Part shown: one piece after another, positions 11,985-22,413 of the stretch | Position numbering within the stretch: position 1 is the stretch's first letter | How the letters are laid out: each line of letters begins with the position of its first letter | NCBI GenBank assembly: GCA_963813715.1 | Contig: CAWFAK010000008.1 | Span: 512,001-576,000, forward strand | Source of the DNA: an uncultured Planctomycetaceae bacterium | GTDB lineage: Bacteria > Planctomycetota > Planctomycetia > Planctomycetales > Planctomycetaceae | Length of the DNA stretch: 64,000 nt | Direction of reading: 5' to 3' | Program-made: the position numbers and the translations under genes | Notes under the pieces: model-generated | The model's database searches: none | The model's input: the letters and a program-made list of their open reading frames with translations, nothing else | What the model was told of the DNA's origin: nothing

Positions 11985-12713
11985 ATGACCGATTTGGAAT
12001 TCGACCCCCGGAAGATTCGTTGGATCGCGCTCGACGCGGTCGGCACCTTGATCCATCCGCAGCCCTCTGCAGGCGTGGTTTACCATCGCGTCGGGCGGCG
12101 GCACGGATCGCGGCTGGCGGCGGCCGATGTATCCGCACGGTTCGGCCAGGTGTTCGCTAGGGTGCTTGAGGCCGACGACCTGGATTGCAGGTGCGCGGAG
12201 TCCGGCGACCGCCTCCACACGTGCGAAGCCCGCGAGCGAATTCGCTGGCATCGGATTGTGCGAGGGGTTCTGGACGACGTGGCGACGCCCGACGACTGCT
12301 TCACGGAATTGTTTGCCCATTTTGGCCAGCCGGCCGCGTGGGCCTGCTTCCCCGAAGTCGGCGACGCTTTGCGGAAGCTGCGGCAGGCTGGATACCACCT
12401 CGCGGTCTGCTCAAACTTCGACGCGCGACTCAACACCGTGATGGCTGGTCTGCCCGAGCTTACGCCGATTGAGTTGCGGATCATTTCGTCGGAGGTCGGC
12501 TGCCGCAAACCGTCGCCCCGATTCTTCGAGGCCGTCGTCCGGGCGACCGGCTGCGCGCCGTCGGAAATCCTCTTTGTCGGCGACGATCCGACGAGCGACG
12601 TGGCGGCGGCCCGAAATTCTGGACTGGCCGCGTTACAAATTGACCACGATGACGCCACGCTACAAAATCGGGCCCTTCGTTCGCTCGACGATCTGGTGAC
12701 TCGCCTGCTTTAG
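11985..12713 (+). CDS. HAD-IA family hydrolase
   Basis: Motif I IALDAVGTL, motif II SNFD, KPSPRFF, motif IV FVGDD. Confidence 0.9.
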   Translation: MTDLEFDPRKIRWIALDAVGTLIHPQPSAGVVYHRVGRRHGSRLAAADVSARFGQVFARVLEADDLDCRCAESGDRLHTCEARERIRWHRIVRGVLDDVATPDDCFTELFAHFGQPAAWACFPEVGDALRKLRQAGYHLAVCSNFDARLNTVMAGLPELTPIELRIISSEVGCRKPSPRFFEAVVRATGCAPSEILFVGDDPTSDVAAARNSGLAALQIDHDDATLQNRALRSLDDLVTRLL

Positions 12714-12727
12714 ACGGATTCGGCCGT

Positions 12728-13634
12728 ATGTCCGCGCCCTGGGTGGCAATTCAACGAAATCCCACCTCAGGGGACGGCCTACAGAGGGGCGAGCTGTTGC
12801 ACCTGGTGAGTCATTTGCGGCGGGCGGGGATTCGACCCCGGCTCTATTCGCGCCGCGAGCGATTGGAGGCCCGGCTGGCCAATCCCGACGAGCGAGCGAC
12901 ACCTGGTCTGCCTGGTGGCAGCCGGTGGTGACGGGACCGTGGGAGACTTGGCGAACCGGTTCCCCGGCGTGCCACTGGCCGTTTTGCCGCTGGGAACCGA
13001 AAACCTGTTGGCCGGCTATCTGGGCATTCCGAGCGACGGTCGATTTGTCGCGGAAATGATCGCGGCCGGCGGCACGCGGGCCTTCGACGTCGGGGTGGTC
13101 AATGGGCGGCGATTCACGCTGATGCTGACAGCCGGATTCGATGCCGACATCGTCCACCGAGTGCAGGCTCGACGGACGGGCCACATCCGAAAATGGAATT
13201 ACCTCCAACCGATTTGGGAATCGTTGCGTAGTTACGGGTATCCGAAAATGCGGATTTCGGTGGAAGGGGGAGATCTATCCAACGATCAGCCCCTTTCAGG
13301 CCGGTTGCTCGTCGTGGCGAATCTGCCGGCTTACGCGATGGGGCTGCCCTTGGCGGCCAGCGCGGAAGGGAGCGACGGCCTGCTCGACTTGCGGGTCTTC
13401 CGCCGTCGTTCTGCATTCCAAATGGTTCGGTACTTATATAAGGTTGCATTGAGGCAGCATGAGTCGCTGGCCGACGTCGTTTGCGGGCGGGCTCGGCGGG
13501 TGCAAATCACCTGTGACACGCCCGTTCCCCTCCAATGCGACGGCGATCCGGCCGGCTTTACGCCCGCGGAGGTCACCATCCTCCCCGGAGCGCTGACGTT
13601 GATCGTGCCCAAAGGTCCGGCTCGCGGCGGATAG
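12728..13634 (+). CDS. Diacylglycerol/lipid kinase family protein (YegS/BmrU-like; frameshift ~12900)
   Basis: NPTSG, AAGGDGTV, PLGTENLLA, DGLLD, LQCDGD. Confidence 0.88.
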
Positions 13635-13682
13635 CGGCAATCTGCTCGCTATCCCCGTCCGCGGACAAGGCCGGAGTCGGAC

Positions 13683-14525
13683 GTGCCAAACAACCCCATC
13701 CAACTCGGAAAGATTGCCTGCGGACCGGGGCACCCGCTCCTGTTCATCGCCGGCCCCTGCGTGATCGAAAATCCGGAGCTCATCAGCGAGGTTTCCGGAC
13801 GCTTGGCCGAGCTGGCTGACCAGCTCGACGTGCCGATGGTCTTCAAGTCGAGCTTCGACAAGGCCAATCGCACCAGCTACCACAGCTTTCGCGGACCGGG
13901 CTTAGACTTGGGACTGAAGATCCTGGAAGACGCCCGTCGGTCGAGCGGTTTGCCGGTGACGACCGACATTCACGAGCCAGCGCAAGCGGAGCCGGCCGCT
14001 CAAGTCTGCGATATCGTGCAGATTCCCGCGTTCCTTGCCCGTCAGACCGACCTGGTGCACGAGGCGGCCGTGGCGACGGCCCGGCGCGGACGGATCATCA
14101 ACGTCAAAAAGCCGCAGTTCATCGCGCCGGAAGATGCGATCCACATCGTGAAGAAGTGCGAAGAGGCGGGGAACCCGAACATCCTGCTTACCGAGCGGGG
14201 CGCGACCTTTGGCTACGGCCGGCTGGTCAACGACATGCGGGCCATCCCCGTCATGCAAAAAATGGGCGTGCCCGTGATCTTCGACGCCACACACAGCGTG
14301 CAGCTGCCAGGCGGAGCGTCGACGGGCGGCCAGCGCGAAATGATTCCGGTATTGGCCCGCGCGGCGGTCGCCGCCGGCTGCGACGCCGTCTTCATGGAAA
14401 CGCATCCGAATCCGGATCGGGCGCTGAGCGACGGCCCCAACATGGTCCCGCTGGCCGAATTGCCGCGACTCATCGAACAACTCAAGCGGTTACGTTCTCT
14501 CGTCAACGAAATCCTTAGTCCCTAG
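13683..14525 (+). CDS. kdsA: KDO8P synthase (2-dehydro-3-deoxyphosphooctonate aldolase)
   Basis: [41 protein letters not shown]. The Cys in AGPC indicates the metal-dependent class. Confidence 0.96.
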   Translation: MPNNPIQLGKIACGPGHPLLFIAGPCVIENPELISEVSGRLAELADQLDVPMVFKSSFDKANRTSYHSFRGPGLDLGLKILEDARRSSGLPVTTDIHEPAQAEPAAQVCDIVQIPAFLARQTDLVHEAAVATARRGRIINVKKPQFIAPEDAIHIVKKCEEAGNPNILLTERGATFGYGRLVNDMRAIPVMQKMGVPVIFDATHSVQLPGGASTGGQREMIPVLARAAVAAGCDAVFMETHPNPDRALSDGPNMVPLAELPRLIEQLKRLRSLVNEILSP

Positions 14526-14535
14526 GGTAGTTTGC

Positions 14536-16674
14536 ATGTCTTTGCGAGCACGCGTTTACTCGCGCGGTTTCCGGTTCGCCGCCACGGTTGCTGCCGGACG
14601 CGGGCCCCGCTTTGCCGCCATCTGCGCCGGGCCGGCGCTGGCGTTGTTGGTGGCCGGTTGCCATTCGCAGTCCTCCACCTCGTCGACAAAGCCCGATCCG
14701 AAGTCCGGGGCAAAAGCGACCGCGCTCGCTGTGGCGGCCGAGAACCGCTGCACGCAACTACTGACGAGCGGCCTCGACATGCTGAAGCCGGGCAACATGG
14801 GCATCTCCGCGCAAGAGCAGCAGGTGGTCGACGCCCTCAACAACTGGGCAGGCGAGTGCGGCAATTCGACGGCATCGCCCGCCAACGATCCGCCCGCCGC
14901 GAAGGGCGCGACTCCGACCGCGACCGCCAAAGGCGCCGGGGTCGGCGCAAGCGGGGCTGGAGCGAGCACGACGAGCGCCAGCGGCGGGGCCAATGCCGAT
15001 GCGTTTGCCGACTTGTACGACCTGGGCGACATCGAGCACATCCGCGACAGTTGGCTGGTGAAGGACCTGGGCACTGCGGCCGTCAAGGCGGAGCCGACCG
15101 ACCTCGAACGGGCCGTCTCCCTCTTCGATCTGGCTGTGCGCACCGTCGCGCTCGATAACGCCGGCGACCCAGAACTCCCGCAAACGGTCTACGACATCCT
15201 GGTCATCGGACGGGGCACGGCCGAGGACCGCGCGTGGCTCTTCGGCGAGCTGTTGCGGCAAGCCGGCATGGACGCGGTAATTGTGCGACCCAATGCCGGC
15301 GCGGATACCACCGCCAAAACCCCCGATGTCAAAGCCGCTCCGACGGCGAACAAGAGTCCGTCTGGCGCCGAGCCGCGCTGGTTGGTTGGCGCGTTGGTGG
15401 ACACGCAGGTCTATCTGTTCGATCCGACGCTGGGCTGGCCCATTCCGTCGCCCGACGACAAAGGGATCACGCCGACCGTGCGTCAGCCGGCAACCTTGGC
15501 CCAAGCCGCCGCACACGACGAGCTCTTGCGGAAGCTCGATGTCTCGCCGGAAAAGAAGTACCCGCTCAAAGCGAGCGACTTGAAGTCGGTGAAGGTCGAG
15601 ATCATCACCTCGGGTCGATATTCGGAGCCGCGGATCAAGCGGATCGAATCGTTCTTGGCCGGCAGTCGCTCGGTGGTCGTCTACACGCCGCTGGCCGACG
15701 TCGGCGCCCGCCCGGGTTTGCGGTCGCGGGTCGAAAACGGGGGCGCCGGCAGTTGGAAGAAAGAGGACGTCAGCGTCTGGGACTATCCGGACCGCCAACT
15801 TGCGGCCGTTCACCACTTGGGCGATCAGACCAAGATCGTGCACGACGCGTTTTGGCTGCCGTTCGAGGGGCCCGTGGAGTTCGAGTTTGACCCGAAGACG
15901 ATGCAGTTCAAGATCGCGCAAGGCACGACGATTACGTCGCTCAAGGGGGGCAAGCCGGCTCGCCCGCAGGCCGGCGCAATTCCCGCTCCGGGCGAAGAGA
16001 ACGATCGCGTCGAAGTGCGGCACGACTCACGACTGCAGCTCAAGGCCCGTATCGCACAGCTGCAGGGAGACTTTCCGCAGGCGATTCGCAAATACCTGAC
16101 CGTGCAGCTCGACGAGCTTCCCGACAAACTGGTGTTGCCGGAGGACATCCAGGAGCGGGCGAAGAGTCTGCCTCCGGACAAGCGGCCGAAGGGCCCGCTG
16201 GCGATCGAGACGCCCAAGCGCGAATTCTTTATGAATTTCCGCGCGGCCGAGGATGCCAAGTTCTGGATGGGAGTCTGCCAGCTCGAGCAGCACGAAATGG
16301 CGGCCGCCGCAGAAACTTTCGAAGCCTACATCCGCCGCTACAGCCAGGGGGGCGTGGGCACTTGGATCATACAGGCCGCTTATCTCCGCAGCTTGACCTT
16401 GGCGGAGATGAAGAAATTCGCGCTGGCCGTTCAGGCCGCTCGACAACTGGCGGACGCACTTCCGGAAAACGACTTCCACCGGCCGACGTTCGAGCTCTTG
16501 GGCGAACGCTGGCGCAGTGCCCGCGATGCGGCAAAGCCCACTTCGAGCACTGCGTCGGCGACGCCAGATAAATCGGCCACCGAAAAGACCAACACCGAGA
16601 AGGCGAGCGCGGAGAAGCCGACGGCCGAGAAGAGCGCCACTGAGAAGCCCGCGGCCAAGCCGAACACGCCATGA
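14536..16674 (+). CDS. Putative lipoprotein with transglutaminase-like core and C-terminal TPR-like helices
   Basis: Lipobox LVAGC; GRGTAEDRAWLFGELLRQAG...YLFDP; C-terminal helical AKFWMG..AYLRSL; low-complexity tail of TEK/AEK repeats. Confidence 0.7.
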   Translation: MSLRARVYSRGFRFAATVAAGRGPRFAAICAGPALALLVAGCHSQSSTSSTKPDPKSGAKATALAVAAENRCTQLLTSGLDMLKPGNMGISAQEQQVVDALNNWAGECGNSTASPANDPPAAKGATPTATAKGAGVGASGAGASTTSASGGANADAFADLYDLGDIEHIRDSWLVKDLGTAAVKAEPTDLERAVSLFDLAVRTVALDNAGDPELPQTVYDILVIGRGTAEDRAWLFGELLRQAGMDAVIVRPNAGADTTAKTPDVKAAPTANKSPSGAEPRWLVGALVDTQVYLFDPTLGWPIPSPDDKGITPTVRQPATLAQAAAHDELLRKLDVSPEKKYPLKASDLKSVKVEIITSGRYSEPRIKRIESFLAGSRSVVVYTPLADVGARPGLRSRVENGGAGSWKKEDVSVWDYPDRQLAAVHHLGDQTKIVHDAFWLPFEGPVEFEFDPKTMQFKIAQGTTITSLKGGKPARPQAGAIPAPGEENDRVEVRHDSRLQLKARIAQLQGDFPQAIRKYLTVQLDELPDKLVLPEDIQERAKSLPPDKRPKGPLAIETPKREFFMNFRAAEDAKFWMGVCQLEQHEMAAAAETFEAYIRRYSQGGVGTWIIQAAYLRSLTLAEMKKFALAVQAARQLADALPENDFHRPTFELLGERWRSARDAAKPTSSTASATPDKSATEKTNTEKASAEKPTAEKSATEKPAAKPNTP

Positions 16675-16680
16675 GTTCGT

Positions 16681-16828
16681 CGTACGGCAAGCTGCCAGCG
16701 TGCCCGCGGATCGCCAGTCCACGCGTCCAAAGGACAGCTGAGAGCTTCGCCGACAGCCGCCAATTAATCCCGGGCGAGCTGGGCGCTTGACCTAGGCAAT
16801 CCTGGGCAAGCTGGCAGCTTGCCCTACG
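16681..16828. repeat. REP doublet (GTAG-type; REPIN-like)
   Basis: CGTACGGCAAGCTGCCAGCGTGCCC (16681) is inverted to GGGCAAGCTGGCAGCTTGCCCTACG (ends 16828), with a degenerate third copy between them; lies between convergent genes. Confidence 0.75.
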
Positions 16829-16843
16829 TCGCAGAGGGGGTTC

Positions 16844-18973
16844 TTAGAGCTTCGGCGGCTCGTGGGAGACTTCGGGTTGCCGCGGCATGTTCCGCTGGCG
16901 GTCGTCGTCGAGCAGCAGGCGCGGCGGACGCGGTTGCCGCGGCGGCGGGTAGTTCACGTGCAGCTCGTGCCAGTCCCATCCCATCGGCGACGCCAGTTCT
17001 TCCTTGGCGAGCGCCGCCCATTGCGTCCCCTTGTGATCTTCGATCACCCCTTCGAGATACTCGCGGGCCCGCTTGGCGAAGTGCTGAATCCGCGACGGAG
17101 ACTTGTCTTCCTTGGCCGGCTCGATTCGCCAAGTATTGCTGGTCGCGTCCTGAAACGGCTTGGGTGAGACTTTCATGTCGGCCAGCATCATGTTGTAACC
17201 GAGGGCCCGCGCTCGCATCGCCAGCACGCGGCCCATCGCCAGGTCGAAGCTCGCTTTCCAGCGGGGCGTGTCGAGCCGCGAACGGTCCCGCTCACCGGCT
17301 TCCAAGAGCGTGTGCATTTCGTTGAGGCGATAGTCGAGCTCGGCCAACGGCTTCTGCGCCTCGGTGATCTGCTGCCGCAGCGTGTTGTCGTTGTCGGCAC
17401 GAAAGACGAGTTGCGGGCGGGGCAACTCTTTGCGGCCGGCGTGCGCATCCTCCGTGCTGACGAGGGCGGCCTGGTAGAGCGCGGCCTTCGCGCCATTGCG
17501 CCCCCGTTCCAACTCGTAATCCCTGAGCGGGCGATAGTCGGGGACGTAGTTCCGCAGAATGGCTTCGTCGAATCGGGGGCCGGGCAGCTCATCGGAGACC
17601 AGGAACAAGCCGCCCGTCTCCGCGCACAGCCGGCAAAGAGCGTACGGACCGAAACCCGAAGTCAGTTCCTCGAGCTGACGGCCACGACCGCCCCAGAAGG
17701 GCAAGGCGACCCCCTCCAGCTCGGCGGTTTCCGGCCCGCGGTTGGTGTAGGCGTAGCCGTGGAAGCCGTCCGGAAAGACATAGGGGAAGTAGTGCCGCTG
17801 GCGGCCGAAGACGGCGTCGTCGCCCACGCAGTAAACGCGCATGCCGAATCGCCGCAACTTGACGATCGCGTCCTCGACTTTGCGATAGTCGCTGCCGCGC
17901 TCGTCCGTAACGATCACGATCATCACGCGCCGCCGCTCAGTCTTGCCGAGCCGATAAGTCTTAAACCGTTCGGCCGCGGACATCGCCGCGGTGAAGACAT
18001 TCTCGACGGCCTCTTTTTCATCGCCGTCGTCCTCGACCTTTCGAACGGCCTTCTTGATGGCAGCCACGTCGTCGACGGGCTTCTTAGTCAAGTAGTTGAT
18101 CGACTTGCCGAAGGTGGCCACGGACGTCTTGAGAGCGCCGTTTTTGCCGACCCCCAACAGGCCCAGCTGGCGATAAACGTTCTCGAAGCGGTCGGCGATT
18201 TCGTCGCGACGGCTTTTCATCGAGGGCGTGGCGTCGAAGAGCCAGACGACCAGCGTGTTTTCCTGCCGCAGCGAAGCCTCGATCTCGAAAGTCAGGCGAT
18301 CGATCGCCCCCCGCACGCCGCCGGTGTGCTCGGTCGATCCCGTCGTCTCGTTCAATTCGGCCAGTTCGCGGTTGCCGGTGGCGACGCCGACGTCGGACAG
18401 CGGGCGGCTGACGTTGATCGGTCGCATTCCGACCGTCGAGACGGAGCTGGAAACGTTGACGACGGGTGCCTTGGGCGTCTGAATCGCAGCGACAGCGTTC
18501 AAGGTGCCGGTCCGCAGTCCGGCCAGGGACGAATTGTCGCCGCCGTTGCCGATTTCGGGCGCCGCCTCGGTGGAGAACCGCAGCTCCTGCGGGATCGTGC
18601 TGAAGGTTTCTTCACCAGTCACCGACGCGGTGACCTCCGGCTCGCGGAACAGCATCGTGGCGAAATGGATCGGCCAGAGAGCCACCAGAATCAACAGGTG
18701 CCCGGTGAGGCTGATCACCCAGGAGGGAATGCGGCGACGCGTCTCGGGCACGCCGATGAATTCTTCCGGCGGCAGTTCGTCGCCGTTAGCAGGCGAACTG
18801 GCAGCCGCCGAAGCAGTGGCTGCCACAAACGGAACGGCAGCATCGGCTGTCGCCCCGGAGGGCTTTCCCACGGAGCCTGCTGCGGCTCCCGTCGATTCAA
18901 CGAGCGTCTGATTCACGGGTTGCGTCCAACCGTCCCGACTCGGACTCCCCTCCCCACGACTCCCCTGCCCCAC
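16844..18973 (-). CDS. Membrane-anchored vWA-domain protein (start uncertain)
   Basis: TM segment SWVISLTGHLLILVAL; MIDAS-like VWLFDATPSM and IVIVTDE; family typical of planctomycetes. Confidence 0.8.
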   Translation of the reverse strand: MGQGSRGEGSPSRDGWTQPVNQTLVESTGAAAGSVGKPSGATADAAVPFVAATASAAASSPANGDELPPEEFIGVPETRRRIPSWVISLTGHLLILVALWPIHFATMLFREPEVTASVTGEETFSTIPQELRFSTEAAPEIGNGGDNSSLAGLRTGTLNAVAAIQTPKAPVVNVSSSVSTVGMRPINVSRPLSDVGVATGNRELAELNETTGSTEHTGGVRGAIDRLTFEIEASLRQENTLVVWLFDATPSMKSRRDEIADRFENVYRQLGLLGVGKNGALKTSVATFGKSINYLTKKPVDDVAAIKKAVRKVEDDGDEKEAVENVFTAAMSAAERFKTYRLGKTERRRVMIVIVTDERGSDYRKVEDAIVKLRRFGMRVYCVGDDAVFGRQRHYFPYVFPDGFHGYAYTNRGPETAELEGVALPFWGGRGRQLEELTSGFGPYALCRLCAETGGLFLVSDELPGPRFDEAILRNYVPDYRPLRDYELERGRNGAKAALYQAALVSTEDAHAGRKELPRPQLVFRADNDNTLRQQITEAQKPLAELDYRLNEMHTLLEAGERDRSRLDTPRWKASFDLAMGRVLAMRARALGYNMMLADMKVSPKPFQDATSNTWRIEPAKEDKSPSRIQHFAKRAREYLEGVIEDHKGTQWAALAKEELASPMGWDWHELHVNYPPPRQPRPPRLLLDDDRQRNMPRQPEVSHEPPKL

Positions 18974-19123
18974 AACAGCCGCCTCTCCTTAAATTTACTC
19001 GACTCAACCCCTTCCGACAACGGCCTTCGCCCCGCAGCCGCGCCAAGATTGCGTCGTTGTTACGGTGATCCCATACTGAACGCTGACCTGCCCTTGCCGC
19101 CACTTTTCGGGAGACCGAGCCGC

Positions 19124-20392
19124 GTGTCCGTCGAGTTAAGCCAGTTTGCCCGTTCGCTCTCCGTCGAGACGGCCTTTACCGTGCTGGCTGTCGCCAAGAG
19201 TCTCAAAGCGGCCGGCAAGGACGTTGTTGAGCTGGAAATAGGCGACAGCCCCTTCGACAGCACGGCTTCGGCCAAGTCGGCGGGCGTCCAGGCGATCCAG
19301 AACAACCAGTCACACTATTGCCCGTCCCCCGGCATTCCCGAGTTTCGCGAGGCGGCCGCCCGCTTCGTGAAGCGCGAGTTCGGCATTCCGGCCGAGGCCA
19401 AGAACATAGTCGCCGGCCCCGGGGCGAAGGTCTTTGAGCAGTTCTTCTGCGAGGCGTTTTTGGACCCGGGCGACGGCGTGCTCGTCTTCGGGCCTTATTT
19501 CCCGACCTATCTGCCGAATATCGAGCGGCGCGGAGCGCGGGCCGTCGTTCGGCCGCTGCGGCAGTCGAATCAATTTCGCCCGGAGATCGCCGAGATCGAG
19601 CGGTTTCTGGCCGAGGATCGGGCACCGCGGGCCATCTTCCTCAATTCGCCGCACAACCCGACCGGCGGGGTGGCGATCGTCGACGACCTGAAACGAATTG
19701 CCGACCTGGTGCGGGGCAAGAACGTGGCCGTCTTCAGTGACGAGCCCTATTGCCACATGGTCTGGAAGGGCAAGCACGCGTCGATCCTCGCGCAGCCGGG
19801 CATGCTCGAGCAGGGCGTGGCCGCGTTCACTTTCAGCAAGTCGTACAGCATGAGCGGTTGGCGCTTGGGCTTTGCCGTCGCCGGAGCGCCGATTGCCGAC
19901 GCGATCGGCAAGATGATCAACACGACGCTCTCCTGCACGGCGACCCTGGTGCAGCTTGCCGGCGCCGCCGCGCTCGAACGCGACCAGGCCGAACGCGACG
20001 CCGTGATGCTCAAGTTCCGCGACAAGGTCGAGCTCTTGACGGCTGGACTCAACCACATCGACGGATTTCGCACGCTCGAGCCGACCGCGACGTTCTACGT
20101 CTTTCCCAACGTGGCTCCGGTTTGCAATCGGCTCGGCATCACCAGCCACGGGTTGGCTCTGTATTTATTGGAGGCCGCCGACGATCGCTTCGGCATCGCC
20201 TGCCTGGGGGGCGAGTGCTTCGGCGCCGCGGGACAGGGCTTCTTGCGATTCAGTTGTGCCGAGCCCAACGATCGCATCCAACAGGCGCTCGACTTCCTGC
20301 CCGTGGCCATCGGGCGGACGGATCGGGTGGCTGCCTATCTGGAGAAGCACGCGCAGTTCCGCCTGAAGCAGCCATACCCGGTGGCGAGCTAA
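19124..20392 (+). CDS. PLP-dependent aminotransferase, class I/II (aspartate aminotransferase-like)
   Basis: GTG start at 19124; NSPHNPTG, SDEPY, FSKSYSMSGWRLG (PLP lysine), FLRFS. Confidence 0.93.
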   Translation: MSVELSQFARSLSVETAFTVLAVAKSLKAAGKDVVELEIGDSPFDSTASAKSAGVQAIQNNQSHYCPSPGIPEFREAAARFVKREFGIPAEAKNIVAGPGAKVFEQFFCEAFLDPGDGVLVFGPYFPTYLPNIERRGARAVVRPLRQSNQFRPEIAEIERFLAEDRAPRAIFLNSPHNPTGGVAIVDDLKRIADLVRGKNVAVFSDEPYCHMVWKGKHASILAQPGMLEQGVAAFTFSKSYSMSGWRLGFAVAGAPIADAIGKMINTTLSCTATLVQLAGAAALERDQAERDAVMLKFRDKVELLTAGLNHIDGFRTLEPTATFYVFPNVAPVCNRLGITSHGLALYLLEAADDRFGIACLGGECFGAAGQGFLRFSCAEPNDRIQQALDFLPVAIGRTDRVAAYLEKHAQFRLKQPYPVAS

Positions 20393-20394
20393 TA

Positions 20395-20850
20395 ATGTCA
20401 GGAGCATCGTCCCCGTCGCCCCGGCTTTACCGCTGGGGCACCAGCATCGTGCTCGGCTGCTGCTGGCTGATCATGTTCACCGGCACGCACTGGCCGCACG
20501 TCAGCCTGGAGCACTATCCCCAGAACTTCGACAAAGTCTTGCACTTCACCGGCTACGCCGGCTTCGGGTTTTTGATCGCCGCGTGGGTCTCGGCCCGGCG
20601 CAAGTTCGGCCTCCGCGATTTCGCCGCGGGCTTCGCGGTCATTTTCATCTACGCGATCCTCGACGAAGTGACGCAGCCCTACTTCGGTCGCGACTGCGAG
20701 TTTGGTGACATGGTGGCCGACTGGTGCGGCGGCACGATTGGTATGACGGTCTTCCTGCTCCTGCGGACGACGCTCCGCTCGCTTGGCCTGCTTCCTCAGG
20801 TTGATCGGAGGCCCCAGGTCGACATCGAAGCCCAGTCTGCGGGTTCTTAA
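20395..20850 (+). CDS. VanZ-like membrane protein
   Basis: DKVLHFTGYAGFG, YAILDEVTQPYFGRDCEFGDMVAD. Confidence 0.85.
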   Translation: MSGASSPSPRLYRWGTSIVLGCCWLIMFTGTHWPHVSLEHYPQNFDKVLHFTGYAGFGFLIAAWVSARRKFGLRDFAAGFAVIFIYAILDEVTQPYFGRDCEFGDMVADWCGGTIGMTVFLLLRTTLRSLGLLPQVDRRPQVDIEAQSAGS

Positions 20851-21014
20851 CGGCGCTTCGTCAAGCTTTCGAGTAGACGAATCGTGCCCCCGCGGGCGTC
20901 CTCAGAATGAAACCGCAAGTCGAAGCAAAATTTGGGCGGTTTCTCTCGTGATATCCTGGGGTCGGTTGCGCCTGTCGAGAGACGACAGGAAAGTTCCGCG
21001 ACCAGGAGCCTGCT

Positions 21015-22268
21015 ATGGCGATCTTTTCGCTCATTGTTTCCTTGATCTTCGCGGGGCTGGTGGCGGTGACTCTCGCCACCTCGCACAGCTACAAATTCGG
21101 CGCCACCACATCGCTCGCCTGTCTTGTGGTAGGCGTGTTTTTCTGTCCCGCCCTCGGCGCTTTCTTTCCACCCGTCGGCCTGACCGCTCTGGGCCTATTA
21201 ATTGTGTGTAGCGTGCTGGCGGCCCGCAGCTTCCGGCCGACCTCGCGGCAAATCGCGCTCGTCAGCGTCGCAATGGTCTTCGTGGGGATGGCGGGCGGAG
21301 TATTGTTCTCGCTCGATTATGTGCTGCATCTCCGCGACCTGCGCACGGCTTATCCGCTCGTCTCCGTGGCATCGCGGCTCGAATACGAGCACCGGCCCAC
21401 TCCGAACTCGGTTCCCGCTGCTGTCGTCGCGGTTATGGCCGATGGCGGCGCGAAGTTCGGACCGCCACCACAGAACGCGCCGGCCTGGAAGGCGCTCGCC
21501 ATAGCAGAAGAAAAGCAGACCCGCTGGGGGTCGCGACTGCGCGCTCTCGAAGCGATTCATGCATCCATCGTGGGGCAATTCGTCGACGCTCCCGGATTCG
21601 GGATCGCCCGGATGTCTTACGTCAACGAATTCGCCCTCAAGGAACGCCGCGAGTCGCCGGGCTCGCTACGCGGAACGAACGAAAAATATCCGCCAACCGA
21701 GCGCCCCGACGCTTTGAGGGGTACGCCTCTCACCGCGACGCGTCCGACCGACACGCACAGCCCCTTCGAGGGGCGGCTGTGGGACATTCACGAGAGCGGC
21801 CTCAACGACTTCTTCAGTCAGGAGGACGAGGGGCTGCTGATCGACCGCGACCACGTAGCCGGATTCGTGTCACACCGATTCAGCAAGGAGTTTCCCCCTC
21901 GGCCTACGTCCACACCACTCAAATGGGAGCTGGTGCGATTGGAGTTGGCTAGCTTGCGACGTTTCGGCCGCCCGATGGTCTACGCCACCAACCGCGAACT
22001 GCCGCGGATGGACCAACTTGAAAAAATGCCGACGCGTGAACCAAGCGCGTTCGAAGCGGCCGCGCTCGGCTCACTGGCCGAAGGCGAAGAAATTATCTAC
22101 CTGCAGCGAGGGCACTGCGTCCTCGCGATGGGAGCCCTCCGCGCGCAAGCAAACTGCACGAAGTGCCACGAAGTCCGTCGGGGAGCCTTGCTCGGCGCCT
22201 TCTCCTACGAGTTTCTGGGCAACGCGACGCCCGCCGGCGACGCTCCGTCCGCCAAGCCACCGATCTGA
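21015..22268 (+). CDS. Membrane-anchored protein with C-terminal c-type haem motif (DUF3365-like)
   Basis: About 4 N-terminal TM segments; C-terminal MGALRAQANCTKCHEVRRGALLGAFSYE containing CxxCH at 22155-22169. Confidence 0.7.
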   Translation: MAIFSLIVSLIFAGLVAVTLATSHSYKFGATTSLACLVVGVFFCPALGAFFPPVGLTALGLLIVCSVLAARSFRPTSRQIALVSVAMVFVGMAGGVLFSLDYVLHLRDLRTAYPLVSVASRLEYEHRPTPNSVPAAVVAVMADGGAKFGPPPQNAPAWKALAIAEEKQTRWGSRLRALEAIHASIVGQFVDAPGFGIARMSYVNEFALKERRESPGSLRGTNEKYPPTERPDALRGTPLTATRPTDTHSPFEGRLWDIHESGLNDFFSQEDEGLLIDRDHVAGFVSHRFSKEFPPRPTSTPLKWELVRLELASLRRFGRPMVYATNRELPRMDQLEKMPTREPSAFEAAALGSLAEGEEIIYLQRGHCVLAMGALRAQANCTKCHEVRRGALLGAFSYEFLGNATPAGDAPSAKPPI

Positions 22269-22413
22269 AGCCTGTCTGCTTTCTCGCGCCGCTTCCGCTT
22301 AGATATGGTAGGCGGGAGCCAGTGCCGCTTGGGCAGCGCGGTTTGGCCATGCCCGCCGTCTGACGGGTTGTCGAAAGCCTTGGCCGCAATTGCTGTCTGC
22401 GCCGGACGATGCG

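Noticed and set aside
17312..19123. N-terminal ~600 aa of the 1026-aa ORF as a fusion to the aminotransferase
   Set aside because: It is the antisense shadow of the vWA gene in GC-rich DNA; aminotransferase similarity starts at GTG 19124.
20395..20850. Glycopeptide resistance from VanZ
   Set aside because: VanZ-like membrane proteins are widespread and no other van genes are present.
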